Notes under the pieces: generated by a model
Database searches by the model: none
What the model was told of the DNA's origin: nothing
What the model saw: the letters and a program-made list of their open reading frames with translations, nothing else
Source of the DNA: Nannocystis bainbridge
GTDB taxonomy: Bacteria > Myxococcota_A > Polyangia > Nannocystales > Nannocystaceae
Assembly: GCF_028368995.1 (NCBI RefSeq)
Contig: NZ_JAQNDL010000004.1
Location: forward strand, 192,001 to 256,000
Direction of reading: 5' to 3'
DNA: 64,000 nucleotides
Part shown: positions 26,549 through 37,976 of the stretch, piece after piece
Layout: the number at the start of each line of letters is the position of its first letter
How positions within the stretch are numbered: the stretch's first letter is position 1
Position numbers and translations under genes: made by a program

Positions 26549-27718
26549 TCAGGGCCTCAGGACCACCTTGATGCAGGCCTCCTTCTTGTGCTGGAAGATG
26601 TCGTAGCCCTTCGGCGCCTCCTCGAGGTGGAGCCGGTGGGTGACGATGAAGGACGGGTCGATCTCGCGGGCGGCGATGCGCTGCAGCAGGGCCGGGGCGT
26701 AGCGGTGGGTGTGCGTCTGGCCCATCTTCAGGGTCAGGCCCTTGTTGAAGGCGGCGCCGAACGGGAAGTGGTCGATGGGGCCGCCGTAGACGCCGGGGAC
26801 CGAGACGGTGCCGCCCTTGCGGCAGGCCATGACCGCCTGGCGCAGGGCGGTCGGGCGGTCGGGCTGGAGGCCCACGGCCTGCTTGACGCGGTCGTACCAG
26901 AACTCGAGGCCGTGGCCGTGAGCCTCCATGCCGACGGCGTCGACGCAGATGTCGGGGCCGCGCCCGCTGGTCATCTCCTTGAGGACCTCGATGACGTCGG
27001 ACTTCTCGTAGTCGATCGGGACGGCGCCGCACTGGGCCCGCGCCAGCTCGAGCCGCTCGGGGAAGCGGTCGATGGCGACCACCCGCTCGGCGCCCAGCAT
27101 CTTGGCGCTCTTCATGGCGAACAGGCCGACCGGGCCGGCGCCCCACACCGCCACGAGGTCGCCCGGCTGCACGCCGCACACGTCGACGGCCATGAAGCCG
27201 GTGGCGAAGATGTCGCCGATGAACAGCACCTGCTCGTCGCCGAGGTCGCTCTCGATCTTGAAGTGATTGACGTCGGCGAACGGCACCCGCACGTACTCGG
27301 CCTGACCGCCGGGGTAGCCGCCGAACATGTGCGAATAGCCGAACAGGCCGGCCGGCGCGGCGCCGAATTGCTTGGTGGCGAGGGCGGCGTTGGGGTTGCT
27401 GCGGTCGCACAGCGACCACAGCTGTCGCTTGCAGAAGTAGCAGTCGCCGCAGCTGATGTTGAAGGGCACGACCACGCGGTCGCCCGGCTTCACGTCGCGG
27501 ACCTCGCGGCCGACCTCGACGACCTCGCCCATGAACTCGTGGCCGAGCACGTCGCCCTTCTGCAGGGTCGGGATGAGCCCCTCGTAGAGGTGGAGGTCCG
27601 AGCCGCAGATGGCGCACGCGGTGACCTTGACGATCATGTCCCTGGGCTCCGAGAGCTGCGGATCGGGGACGGTCTCGACCCGCACGTCGCGGGCCCCGTG
27701 GTAGCGCAGTGCTTTCAT
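26549..27718 (-). CDS. zinc-dependent alcohol dehydrogenase (glutathione-independent formaldehyde dehydrogenase-like)
   Basis: Catalytic zinc ligands (CAICGSDLH...GHEFMGEV), structural zinc Cys cluster ([15 protein letters not shown]) and a Rossmann fold motif (GAGPVGL). Confidence 0.9.
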   Translation of the reverse strand: MKALRYHGARDVRVETVPDPQLSEPRDMIVKVTACAICGSDLHLYEGLIPTLQKGDVLGHEFMGEVVEVGREVRDVKPGDRVVVPFNISCGDCYFCKRQLWSLCDRSNPNAALATKQFGAAPAGLFGYSHMFGGYPGGQAEYVRVPFADVNHFKIESDLGDEQVLFIGDIFATGFMAVDVCGVQPGDLVAVWGAGPVGLFAMKSAKMLGAERVVAIDRFPERLELARAQCGAVPIDYEKSDVIEVLKEMTSGRGPDICVDAVGMEAHGHGLEFWYDRVKQAVGLQPDRPTALRQAVMACRKGGTVSVPGVYGGPIDHFPFGAAFNKGLTLKMGQTHTHRYAPALLQRIAAREIDPSFIVTHRLHLEEAPKGYDIFQHKKEACIKVVLRP

Positions 27719-27816
27719 GGCCCGAGGGCATGACTCGAGTGCCGCCGGGGCGGTAGCGCGGCCCGTGATCCCGGTGCGGGCTCAGGCATGCACGCGCCGA
27801 CGCGCGCGAGGCGGGC

Positions 27817-29289
27817 TCAGGGCGAGCGGATCAGGCGGGCGGCGGTGTCGAGCAGGCGGGCGAGCTTGACCGGCTTGGGGATCAGGATCGTGCCGGGCGG
27901 GACGCGCGTCGGGTCGGAGGTCGAGACGATGACGGGGATCCGCGCCAGCTCGGGCACGGCCTGCATGGCGTGATAGACCTGCGCGCCGTCGAGGATCGGC
28001 ATCACCATGTCGAGGATGACGAGGTCGGGCTTGGCCCGGCCGTGCAGCAGCAGGTCGAGCGCCGCGCGCCCGTCGGCCGCGGTGCCGGCGTCGTAACCCT
28101 CGCCGGCGAAGGCCTCGCGCAGGCTCTCGCGGGTGGCCTCGTCGTCGTCGACGATCAGCACGCTGCGCGGGCGCGGCTCGGGCTCGGTGCGCGGGTGGTC
28201 CGACGAGACGCGCGGCAGGCGGAGCGTGAACACGGTGTCGGTCTCTTCGCTCGAGGCGACCGCGACGGTGCCGCCGTGGGCCTGGGCGATCTGCTGGGCG
28301 ATGTAGAGGCCGAGGCCGAGGCCGCGGGAGTTGGCGCGCGAGGGGCCGTGCTCGCGCCCGCGGAACGGGTCGAACAGGACCGGCAGCAGCTCGGCCGGGA
28401 TGAGGCCGCGGTTGCGGATCTCGACCGCGATCTGGTGGCCGTCGTCGAACACGCGGATGGCGATCGGGCCGTCGGCGCGGCCGTGCTGGATCGCGTTGCC
28501 GATCAGGTTGGACAGCGCCTGGACCAGCCGGTCGGGGTCGCCGGCGGTGTTGGCGTCGCCGTAGGCCTCGACCCGGACGTCGCGCTGCGAGTGGGTGGTG
28601 CGCAGCTCGTCGACGGCGCGCTGGACCAGCTCGCACACGTCGACCGGCTTGCGCCCGCGCGCGAACCCGAGGCCGCCGGCCAGGCGGGCCCGCGTCAGGT
28701 CGAGCAGCTGCTCGATCATCTCGTTCATGCGGTGGCCCGAGACGAACATGCGCCGCAAGATGCCGAGCTGGTCGTCGTCGGTGACCAGCTGCTCGAGGAT
28801 CTCGGTGCCGGTCTGGATCGCCGACAGCGGGGTCCGCAGGTCGTGGCCGAGGATGCCGACGAACATCTCGTTGAGGCGCAGCGCGTGGGTGCAGTCGCGC
28901 CGCTGCTTCGACAGCTCGAAGAACACGTCGGCCTTGCTCCGCAGCACCCGCGGGTCGATCGGCTTGTGCAGGAAATCGACGGCGCCCGACTCGTAGCCCT
29001 GGAACACCCGCTCGGCGTCGCGCCCGCCGGCGGTGACGAAGATGATCGGGACGTGCTTGGTGCGCTCGGTGCCCCGCATCAGCTCGGCCAGCTCGAAGCC
29101 GTCCATGCCCGGCATCTGCACGTCGAGGAACGCCAGCGCGACGTCGTGCACGAGCAGCAGCTCGAGCGCCTCGAAGCCGCTGCGCGCGGTGAGGATCTCG
29201 AGCCCGTCGCGCCGCAGCAGCGCCTCGAGCGCGACCAGGTTCTGCGCGGTGTCGTCGACGAGGAGGAATTTGATGGGCTCGAGGTTCAT
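27817..29289 (-). CDS. hybrid sensor histidine kinase (REC-HisKA-HATPase-REC), cytoplasmic
   Basis: MNLEPIKFLLVDD...DVQMPGMDG forms the first REC. The H-box is LGHDLRTPL, the N/G boxes are present, and the C-terminal REC reads SVLIVDDDEA...DMVMPILDG. The start overlaps the cheB stop as ATGA. Confidence 0.9.
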   Translation of the reverse strand: MNLEPIKFLLVDDTAQNLVALEALLRRDGLEILTARSGFEALELLLVHDVALAFLDVQMPGMDGFELAELMRGTERTKHVPIIFVTAGGRDAERVFQGYESGAVDFLHKPIDPRVLRSKADVFFELSKQRRDCTHALRLNEMFVGILGHDLRTPLSAIQTGTEILEQLVTDDDQLGILRRMFVSGHRMNEMIEQLLDLTRARLAGGLGFARGRKPVDVCELVQRAVDELRTTHSQRDVRVEAYGDANTAGDPDRLVQALSNLIGNAIQHGRADGPIAIRVFDDGHQIAVEIRNRGLIPAELLPVLFDPFRGREHGPSRANSRGLGLGLYIAQQIAQAHGGTVAVASSEETDTVFTLRLPRVSSDHPRTEPEPRPRSVLIVDDDEATRESLREAFAGEGYDAGTAADGRAALDLLLHGRAKPDLVILDMVMPILDGAQVYHAMQAVPELARIPVIVSTSDPTRVPPGTILIPKPVKLARLLDTAARLIRSP

Positions 29290-29882
29290 GATGCCTCCAC
29301 GGGGCGCGGGGTCGCGGCGAGCCGGGCGAGCAGCTTGCCGAGGTCGGCCGCGGGCGCGCTGTGAGCGACGGCGGTCCGCTGCAGGGCGGCGGCCGGCATG
29401 GTGCGAACCGCGGCGGTGGCCGGCGATTCGACGAAGGTGAGGCCGCCGGCGCGGGCGATGCACTCGAGGCCGCGGGCGCCGTCCTCGTTGGCGCCGCTGA
29501 GCAGGACGCCGGCGAGGTGCGGCCCGTAGGCGGCGGCGGCCGACTCGAACAGGACGTCGATCGAGGGCCGCGAGAACAGCACCGGCAGGTCGACCGAGAG
29601 GGCGAAGCTACCGCGGCGCTCGACGAGCAGGTGGTAGTTCGGAGGGGCGACGTAGATCGTGCCGGGCATGATGGGCTCTTTGTCGTCGGGCTCGCACACG
29701 GGCAGCCGGGCCTGGGCGCGGAACACCTCGACGAGGTGGCTGGGTTGAGTCGGCGGCAGGTGCAGGAGCACGGCCAGCGGCAGCGGATAACCGGTCGGCA
29801 GCGCCGGCAAGATCGCGCGCAGGGCGTCGATCGCCCCGGACGAGCCGCCGATCACGATCATATGAACCTCGCGGGCCGCCAT
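29286..29882 (-). CDS. cheB: CheB-type methylesterase, catalytic domain only
   Basis: MIVIGGSSGAIDAL... forms the CheB catalytic fold. The protein is 198 aa and has no REC domain. Confidence 0.85.
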   Translation of the reverse strand: MAAREVHMIVIGGSSGAIDALRAILPALPTGYPLPLAVLLHLPPTQPSHLVEVFRAQARLPVCEPDDKEPIMPGTIYVAPPNYHLLVERRGSFALSVDLPVLFSRPSIDVLFESAAAAYGPHLAGVLLSGANEDGARGLECIARAGGLTFVESPATAAVRTMPAAALQRTAVAHSAPAADLGKLLARLAATPRPVEAS

Positions 29883-29885
29883 GGC

Positions 29886-30703
<818 letters not shown>

Positions 30704-30707
<4 letters not shown>

Positions 30708-33700
30708 TTGGGCATCCACACGCGCGCCAGCGACAGCAGCTTGTCGACGTCGAGCGGCTTGGCGATGTAGTCGTTGGCGCCGGCGGCGAGGCAACTGGCG
30801 CGGTCGTCGGCCATGGCCTTGGCGGTGAGGGCGATGATCGGGATCTTGGCGGTCGCAGGGTCGGCGCGGATGGCCCGCGTGGCGGTGAGGCCGTCCATCT
30901 CCGGCATCATCAGGTCCATGAGGATCAGGTCGACGCCGGGCTTGCTGCGCAGGTGGGCCAGCGCCTCCTTGCCGTTGCGGGCGATCTCGACCTTGGCGCC
31001 GCGCGGCTCGAGCACGCTGGTCAGCGCGAACACGTTGCGCACGTCGTCCTCGACCACGAGCACGCGCCGACCCTCGAACACGGCGTCGCGGTGGCGAGCG
31101 TCCCGCAACATGCGCTGGCGCTCGGGCGGGAGGCTGGTCTCGACCTGGTGGAGGAACAGGGTGACCTCGTCGAGCAGCCGCTCGGGCGAGCGCGCGCCCT
31201 TGATGATGATCGACTGCGAGAACCGCCCGAGCTCCTGCTCCTCGGCGCGGTTGATGGCCCGCCCGGTGTAGACGATGACGGGCGGGAACCCGTACTGCTG
31301 GCCCTGGGCCATCTCCTGCAGCAGCTCGAAGCCCGACCTGTCGGGCAGGCTGAGGTCGAGGACCATGCAGTCGAAGGTGGTGGTCCGCAGGGCGGCGAGG
31401 GCGTCGGCGGCGGTGCCGACCGGCACGGTCTCGACGTCGTCGCCGGCCAGCAGCTTGCAGGTGCTCTCGCGGTGCACGAGGTCGTCCTCGACCACGAGCA
31501 CGCGCCGCAGCGACTGGGTGGCCTTCGACTCGAGCCGGCGCAAGGCGTCGACGAGCTGCTCGCGCACGACCGGCTTGATGGCGTAGGCGACGGCGCCCAT
31601 CTCGAGCGCGGTGCGGGTGTGATCGCTGGCGCTGATGACGTGGACGGGGATGTGACGGGTGTTCGGGTCGTGCTTGAGCGCGTCGAGCACGGTGAGGCCG
31701 GAGCGGTCGGGCAGCTGGACGTCGAGGACGATGGCGCTCGGCCGATGCTGCCGCGCGAGCTCGAGGCCGGCCTCGGCGGTGTCGGCGAGCAAGGCCTGGA
31801 ACTCGAGCTCGCGCGCGAGGCCGGCGAGCACGGTGGCGAAGGCCGGGTCGTCCTCGATGACGAGGATCGAGCGCGTGTCGGTGGCAGGGGTAGGCGCGGG
31901 CGGCTTGGCGGCGGGCGGGCGACGCAGCGGCGGCGGTGCGGGCGGGGCGGCGGGCGGGAGCGGGAGCGCGGGCCCGGTGGTCGGCGCGAGCGCGGGCGAG
32001 GTGACCTGGCCGGGCGCGGTGAGCTGCGCGGGGATGGTCAAGGTGAAGGTGCTGCCGCGACCGACGGCGCTGGCGACGGTGAGCTCACCGCCGAGCAGGC
32101 GCGCCAGGTCGCGGGAGATCGAGAGGCCGAGGCCGGTGCCGCCGTACTTGCGGTTGGTGGTGCCGTCGGCCTGACGGAACGCCTCGAAGATCATCTCCTG
32201 CTGATCGGCGGGGATGCCGATGCCGGTGTCGGTGACCGCGAAGGCGACGTTGCCGGCCCCGGCGGCGCGCACGGTCAAGCTGACGCCGCCCTGCTCGGTG
32301 AACTTGAGCGCGTTCGACAGCAGGTTGCGCAGGATCTGGGCCAGCCGCGTCGAGTCGGTGTGCAGCGCGGGCGGGGCGTCGCGCTGCACTTCGATGTCGA
32401 GCGCGAGCCGGCGGTCGCGCGCGATCGGGCGGAAGGTCGTCGCCAGCTGATCGGTGAGGCGCGCCACGGTGACGGCCTCGGGCCGCACGTCGAGCATGCC
32501 GGCCTCGATCTTCGAGAGATCGAGGATGTCGTTGATGAGGGTGAGCAGGTCGTTGCCGGCGGAGTAGATCGTCTCGGCGAACTTGATCTGCTCGGCGTCG
32601 AGGTTGCCCTGGCGGTTGTCGGCCAGCAGCCGCGCGAGGATCAGCGAGCTGTTGAGCGGGGTGCGCAGCTCGTGCGACATGTTGGCGAGGAACTCGGACT
32701 TGAAGGCCGAGGTCCGCCGCAGCTGGACCTGCGCCTGGGTGAGGCTGTCGCGCTCGCTCTGCAGGGCCTGGGTCTGCTCCTCGAGGTGAGCGTTGATCTG
32801 CTCGAGCTCGGCCTGTTGATTGCCGAGGCGCGCGCGCGACTCCTCGAGCGCGCGGGTCTGCTGCTCGAGCTCCTCGTTCTGGACCCGCAGCTCCTCTTGC
32901 TGGGTCTGCAGCTCCTCGGCCTGGCGCTGGGTCTCCTGCAGCAGGGCGGCGAGCCGCTCCTTGTGCTCGGAGCTGCGCACCGCGAGCGCGACGGTCTCGC
33001 CGATCCGCGCCAGCAGGTCGAGGACCTGCGGCCGGGGCGGGCGCAGAAAGCCGATCTCGAGCACGGCGACGGAGACCCGGTCGATGCGCGCCGGGGTGAC
33101 GTAGACGTGCGAAGGGGCCCGCTCGCTGGTGCCGGAGCGGATCGGCAGGTCGCTGCCGTCGCTCAACTCGACGATGCGGCCGTCGTCGGCGGCGCGGCCG
33201 ACGACGCCCTCGCCGGCGGCGAAGGTCTCGGGCCCGCCGATGCGGGTGTCGAGGCCGAGCGCGGCGCGCCGGGCCCAGCCGGCGCCGTCGCGGACAAAGA
33301 AGGCGCCGACGTCGGCGCCGACGTGGGTGGCCAGCGCGGTGAGGCAGTCGCGGCCGACCTGCGCGGTGCTCTTCTCGCCCTGCATGGCCTCGGCGATCCG
33401 CGTGTGACCCTCGCGGACCCACGCCTCGCCCTCGAGGGTGACGCGGGCCTGCTGCTCGGCGTCGAGGGCCGAGCCGAAGGTGCTGGCGATCGCCGCCAAT
33501 TGCCGGCGCGAGAGGAAGGCGAGCAGCACGGCGACGCCGGCCAGCAGCAGGACGAAGGCGTTGCGGGCGATCGCGGTCGAGCGCTCCGAGGCGACCGCGC
33601 GCGCGGTCAGCAGGTCCCGCTCGACGTCGAGGGCGGCGGTCATGGCCTCACGGACGCCGTCCATGCGCGACTTGCGATCGCGCAAGCCCTCGGAGCTGCG

Positions 33701-34117
33701 GGCGTACTCGAGGTCGCTGCTGACCTGCGCGGCGGTGCTGGCGGTCAGCCACGACTGGTAGCGCGCGTGGGCCTGCTCGAACTGGGCCTGCTGCGTGGGG
33801 TCGTCGGCGACCAGTGCCTGCAGCCGCTCGAACTTGTCGCCCGGGTTGGCGCGCTCGAACGGGGCGAGGTACTGGCGGTCGGCGGTCAGCAGGTAGCCGC
33901 GCAAGGCGGTCTCCTGGTCGACGACCTCGAGCATCGTCGCGTTGGCGAGCGAGAGGACCTCGTTGCTGTGGTTGACCCACGCGGCGTCGTCCGCCATCAG
34001 GAGGATCTGCCGGCCGAGCACCACGCCGAGGAACAAGAGGAGGGCGATCGGCGTGGCGATCGCCACGGTGAGCCGCTTGGTGAGCGACCTGCGCTGCGCT
34101 TCCCTGATCTGCGTCAC
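30704..34117 (-). CDS. CHASE3-GAF hybrid sensor histidine kinase with three C-terminal receiver domains
   Basis: A transmembrane helix is followed by a periplasmic CHASE3 domain ([20 protein letters not shown]), a second transmembrane helix and a GAF-like region. Next comes a long E/Q-rich coiled coil, then HisKA ([11 protein letters not shown]) and HATPase ([13 protein letters not shown]). Three REC domains follow ([26 protein letters not shown]...DLMMPEMDG). The GTG start is at 34117. Confidence 0.9.
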
Positions 34118-34593
34118 CCGTGTCTCCTTGCAGCCGCGTCACCGCGCCTGGCTCGCTTCAGCGGCCGACGCCCAGGTGCGCCGAACCGTACGTGCGTGCG
34201 AAGGTACCTCAAGCGCGCGAATCGTAGGTCGCCGGGAGCGGCGGGGAACCGCCCGCAGGCGCTTCGCGGGTGACTTTTCCCATGGAGAGGCGGAGGCGAA
34301 TCGCATCGATCGATGGACCTCGCGCTTGCGGGCCAGGTGAGCCCCCGTCCTCACGAACGGGCGCCGTAAAGCGGCGCCGAGGGCGGCGTCCGGGCGCCGC
34401 CACGGCCGGGCTCGCTGGGACGCGAGACGAACGAACGCGTCGCGTCGGGCGCGCGAAGGATGGAGCGGCGCTTCGACGATCCGGATCGATGGGTGACAGG
34501 CGCCGGAGTTCCGCGCTTTGGAGCGCTTCACGCCGCTAGTCCGGTGGGCGCGCGGCGCAACCGAGATCAGACTGACGAGCGGAGAAACCCGAC

Positions 34594-34794
34594 ATGAACC
34601 GCGATCAGATCCAAGGAAAGTGGGAGCAGCTCAAGGGCAAGGCCAAGCAGATGTGGGGCGACCTGACGGACGACGATTTCCTGAAGGCCGAGGGGAACGC
34701 CGACAAGCTGTGCGGGATCATCCAGGAGCGCTCGGGTGAGCGCCGCGAAGACATCGAGCGCAAGCTCGACTACAAGAACTACGGCAATCAGTAG
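34594..34794 (+). CDS. csbD: CsbD-family general stress protein, copy 2
   Basis: [58 protein letters not shown]. It is about 85% identical to copy 1. Confidence 0.9.
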   Translation: MNRDQIQGKWEQLKGKAKQMWGDLTDDDFLKAEGNADKLCGIIQERSGERREDIERKLDYKNYGNQ

Positions 34795-34817
34795 TTCGCT
34801 GCTCCACGCTCTGCGAT

Positions 34818-34860
34818 GATTCGACGCGCCCCCGATCGTGGATCGGCGGCGTGTCGAATC
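34818..34860 (+). terminator. long imperfect hairpin (about 20-bp stem, 3-nt loop) 3-prime of csbD copy 2
   Basis: gattcgacgcgcccccgatc-gtg-gatcggcggcgtgtcgaatc. The arms match at 17 of 20 positions. There is no U-tract. Confidence 0.4.
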
Positions 34861-34930
34861 GTATTTGGGTCGCGGGGCGGCGGCCCGCAGGGATAGGGAC
34901 GCCGAGAGGGGCGGCGACGCAGGACCCTCG

Positions 34931-35008
34931 AGGATATGTCTGCATGGACATGTCCTTGGGGACATTGTCCGCGCGATCCGGGCGGACCTGTCTCGGGTGA
35001 CATGATCG
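34931..35008. repeat. 14-bp periodic palindromic repeat array, 5 units with one 24-bp step (TATG 34935, CATG 34949, CATT 34963, CCTG 34987, CATG 35001)
   Basis: ggatATGtctgcatggaCATGtccttggggaCATTgtccgcgcgatccgggcggaCCTGtctcgggtgaCATGatcg. Confidence 0.8.
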
Positions 35009-35199
35009 GTGCACGAGCGGTCGCGGATGCTCGTGAACGCTCCGCTCGCGGCGTTCGTCGATGGCGACGGAGACGGGCGCAGCGGGGGCCGCGGGGGCGT
35101 TGCGCGATCTCGAGGGGCGGCGGCGGGCCGCGGCGGTGCGGTACCCTGGGAGGCGGAAGAGACGTCGGTGTCTCGACGATCGCGTCAGGAGATTCGACG

Positions 35200-35796
35200 A
35201 TGGTCCGGTTCGATCGCTGCGCAGCTCTCGTGTCGTGCTTCTTCGCCGCCGCGCTGGTCGGCGCCTCGCCGGCGTCCGCGGGCAAGTCGCCCAGGGCGGG
35301 CGGCCAGGACCCGAAGGGCGCCCCTGCGGCGCCGGCGGAGAAGGCCCCGCCTCCGAACGAGACTTCGAAGGATCGCGACAGCCGGGCGGCGCCGGTGGAC
35401 AAGCCCGCCGAGCCGCCGAAGACCGACGCGCCCGAGGACGGGCTCGCAGCGAGCTCCAGATCCGCGGGTGAGGCCGCGAAGGGCGGGCCTGCTGCGAGCT
35501 CCAGATCGCAGGGCTCATGCGCCGGACGGGGTGGGCTCATGAGCGCCGGATTACGGCCGCGAAGGGGCAGGGCTTGCACCGCGAGAGCGCGGGGACCCTT
35601 CGACGTCGGCGGCCGTACCCGGCCGGCCCGCAGGGGGACTCCCGGGCATCGGGTTACGAAAGCGACAGCGCGCGTGGCGTCGGACCCGCGGTTCCTGGGA
35701 CAACGGACCTCGGTCCGTCGCCTCGGGGCGTCCCGGTCCTCGATCGCGCCCTTGCGAAGGCTCGTTGCAGCGCCCCCGCGCCTCGGCCTATCTTGA
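35200..35796 (+). CDS. possible secreted low-complexity protein
   Basis: MVRFDRCAALVSCFFAAALVGASPASAG is signal-like, followed by a Pro/Ala/Lys-rich region. The C-terminal half of the ORF is Arg-rich and may be artefact, and the true stop is uncertain. Confidence 0.35.
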   Translation: MVRFDRCAALVSCFFAAALVGASPASAGKSPRAGGQDPKGAPAAPAEKAPPPNETSKDRDSRAAPVDKPAEPPKTDAPEDGLAASSRSAGEAAKGGPAASSRSQGSCAGRGGLMSAGLRPRRGRACTARARGPFDVGGRTRPARRGTPGHRVTKATARVASDPRFLGQRTSVRRLGASRSSIAPLRRLVAAPPRLGLS

Positions 35797-35800
35797 AATC

Positions 35801-37825
35801 ATGCGTGTTCGCTTTCTTGGCTTCGTCCCGCTCGGCTCCGCCCTCGCCTTGATGTCCTCCGCATGTGTCGATGATGGGCCACAGGCGACAGGTGCCACCG
35901 ACACCGCGCCGATGACCTCGATCACCGGCGTCACGGCCACGGACGCGCTGACCTCGACGACCGACCCGGGCACGACCGCGCCGACGACGACCGACGGCAC
36001 CGAGACCGGCGAGCCGTCGACCGACGCGACCTCCACGCCGACGACGACCATGAGCGGCTGCGTGCCCGACTGTCCCGAGGGCCAGTACTGCGCCGGCGAC
36101 AGCTGCCAGCCCGGGTGCGACGGCGACGAGGACTGCGTCGCGCCGGCCACCTGTGACCTCGCCGAGCACACGTGCAAGGGCTGCGAATCCGATGCAGGCT
36201 GTCCTCTGGGACAGGTCTGCAAGGACAGCGCCTGCGTGCCCGGCTGCAGCGACATGCAGCCGTGCGAAGGCGGCCTGGCCTGCTGCGCCGAGGCCTGCGT
36301 CGACCCGCTGAGCGACCCGGACCACTGCGGCGGCTGCGACCCGTGCCCGGCGCTGCCGAACGCCGAGGCCAGCTGCGCGATGGGCCAGTGCGGGCTCGGG
36401 GCCTGCGCGGCCGGCTTCGCCGACTGCGACAACAACCCCAACAACGGCTGCGAGACCCAGGGCCAGTGCCAGTGCACGCCGGGCGCCACCGAGGCCTGCT
36501 ACGGGGGCCCGGACGGCACCCAGGACGTCGGCATCTGCAAGGGCGGCATGCACACCTGTAACCCCGAGGGCACCGGCTGGGGCCCGTGCGACGGCGAGGT
36601 CTTGCCGAACGCGATCGACATCTGCAGCAACGGCCTCGACGACGACTGTGACAATCAGGTCGACGAGGACGCCGACGCCGACGGCGACGGCTGGACCGTG
36701 TGCGGCGGCGACTGCTGCGACGAGATCGGCCCGACCTGCCTCAACCCCAACCTGGTCAACCCGGGCGCGTTCGAGGTCCTCGGCAACACGGTCGACGACG
36801 ACTGCGACGGCATGCCGGACAACGCGATCCCGGCGTGCGACGGCGGCCTCCCCAGCAACTCGAGCGACGCGCTGCAGTACGCCCGCGCCATCGACCTGTG
36901 CCAGTTCACCACCGAGAACCCGCCGATCCAGGAGAAGAAGTGGGGCGTGATCTCGGGCGGGTTCAGCCGCTCGAACGGCGCCGGCGCCCCGGCGGCCGCG
37001 GCCAAGTCGATCCGGCCCGGCTTCGGCACCGTGCTGGTGCCGCAGAAGAACGCCAGCCTGGCGGTGCTGTCGACCGGCCACGCCGCCGACTCCAACGACG
37101 CGAGTCCGGCCTTCTCGGCGTTCCAGGGCGGCACCCAGCTCGGCACCTCGGCCGCCGTGCCGGCCGACTGGCTGGCGGCCAACGGCAACAACTTCCCCAA
37201 CGCGCCCGGCTGCCCGGCGCCGCAGGGCGGGGCGACCGGCCAGGACACGATCCAGCTCAAGCTGCGGGTCCGCGTGCCGACCAACGCGCTATCGTTCAGC
37301 GCCCACGTGTACTTCTTCTCGAGCGAGTACCCCGAGTGGGTGTGCAGCCCGTACAACGACTTCTTCCTGACGCTGGTCGACGGCCAGGGCGTGGGCAACC
37401 CGGCCGACAAGAACGTCGCCATCTACAAGAACCAGAACAACCAGCTGTTCCCGCTCGGCGTCAACATCCTCAAGGGCGCGCCCGGCCTGTTCGCGCAGTG
37501 CAAGAACGGCCAGATCAGCTGCGGCTCCCCGCCGGCCAACAATTACAACAGCTGCACCGGCAACGACGAGCTGGCCGGCACCGGCTTCCACCTGCTGAAC
37601 CCGTTGCCGCAGTTCGCCGACGACCCCGGCTATTGTGGCGCCAACAATCAGGTCGGCGGCGGCACCGGCTGGCTCAAGATGTCGGGCAACGTCAAGCCCG
37701 GCGAGACGATGGAGATCCGGTTCGTGCTGTGGGACACCGGCGACCCGTGGTACGACTCGCTGGTGCTGCTCGACAACTTCGAGTGGTCGCTGCAGGCCTC
37801 GGAGCCCGGGGTCAAGCCCGGCTGA
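35801..37825 (+). CDS. Cys-rich repeat lipoprotein (putative metal-binding/MopE-like motif protein) with a large C-terminal domain
   Basis: MRVRFLGFVPLGSALALMSSAC lipobox and a Thr-rich linker. Many CxxGxCxxGC and DxDGDGxxxCxGDCxD repeats follow, as in myxobacterial cysteine-rich surface proteins. The C-terminal roughly 300 aa are Cys-poor. Confidence 0.75.
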   Translation: MRVRFLGFVPLGSALALMSSACVDDGPQATGATDTAPMTSITGVTATDALTSTTDPGTTAPTTTDGTETGEPSTDATSTPTTTMSGCVPDCPEGQYCAGDSCQPGCDGDEDCVAPATCDLAEHTCKGCESDAGCPLGQVCKDSACVPGCSDMQPCEGGLACCAEACVDPLSDPDHCGGCDPCPALPNAEASCAMGQCGLGACAAGFADCDNNPNNGCETQGQCQCTPGATEACYGGPDGTQDVGICKGGMHTCNPEGTGWGPCDGEVLPNAIDICSNGLDDDCDNQVDEDADADGDGWTVCGGDCCDEIGPTCLNPNLVNPGAFEVLGNTVDDDCDGMPDNAIPACDGGLPSNSSDALQYARAIDLCQFTTENPPIQEKKWGVISGGFSRSNGAGAPAAAAKSIRPGFGTVLVPQKNASLAVLSTGHAADSNDASPAFSAFQGGTQLGTSAAVPADWLAANGNNFPNAPGCPAPQGGATGQDTIQLKLRVRVPTNALSFSAHVYFFSSEYPEWVCSPYNDFFLTLVDGQGVGNPADKNVAIYKNQNNQLFPLGVNILKGAPGLFAQCKNGQISCGSPPANNYNSCTGNDELAGTGFHLLNPLPQFADDPGYCGANNQVGGGTGWLKMSGNVKPGETMEIRFVLWDTGDPWYDSLVLLDNFEWSLQASEPGVKPG

Positions 37826-37838
37826 GGCGTCGAATCAC

Positions 37839-37944
37839 GGGACATGTCCGGGAGGTCATATCCTGTGATTGTGCGAGGCGCCCGTCGGCGGCGCCTCGCC
37901 GAGTGACTTCGGATTCGTTGTACATGTCTGAAGGGACATGGATG
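37839..37944. repeat. two short 14-bp periodic palindromic repeat arrays (CATG/CATA at 37843, 37857; CATG at 37923, 37937)
   Basis: gggaCATGtccgggaggtCATAtcc ... tgtaCATGtctgaagggaCATGgatg, lying between the convergent 3-prime ends of the lipoprotein and SARP genes. Confidence 0.75.
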
Positions 37945-37976
37945 TCGATTGACGCTCGTCGGCGAACGCTGCCGGC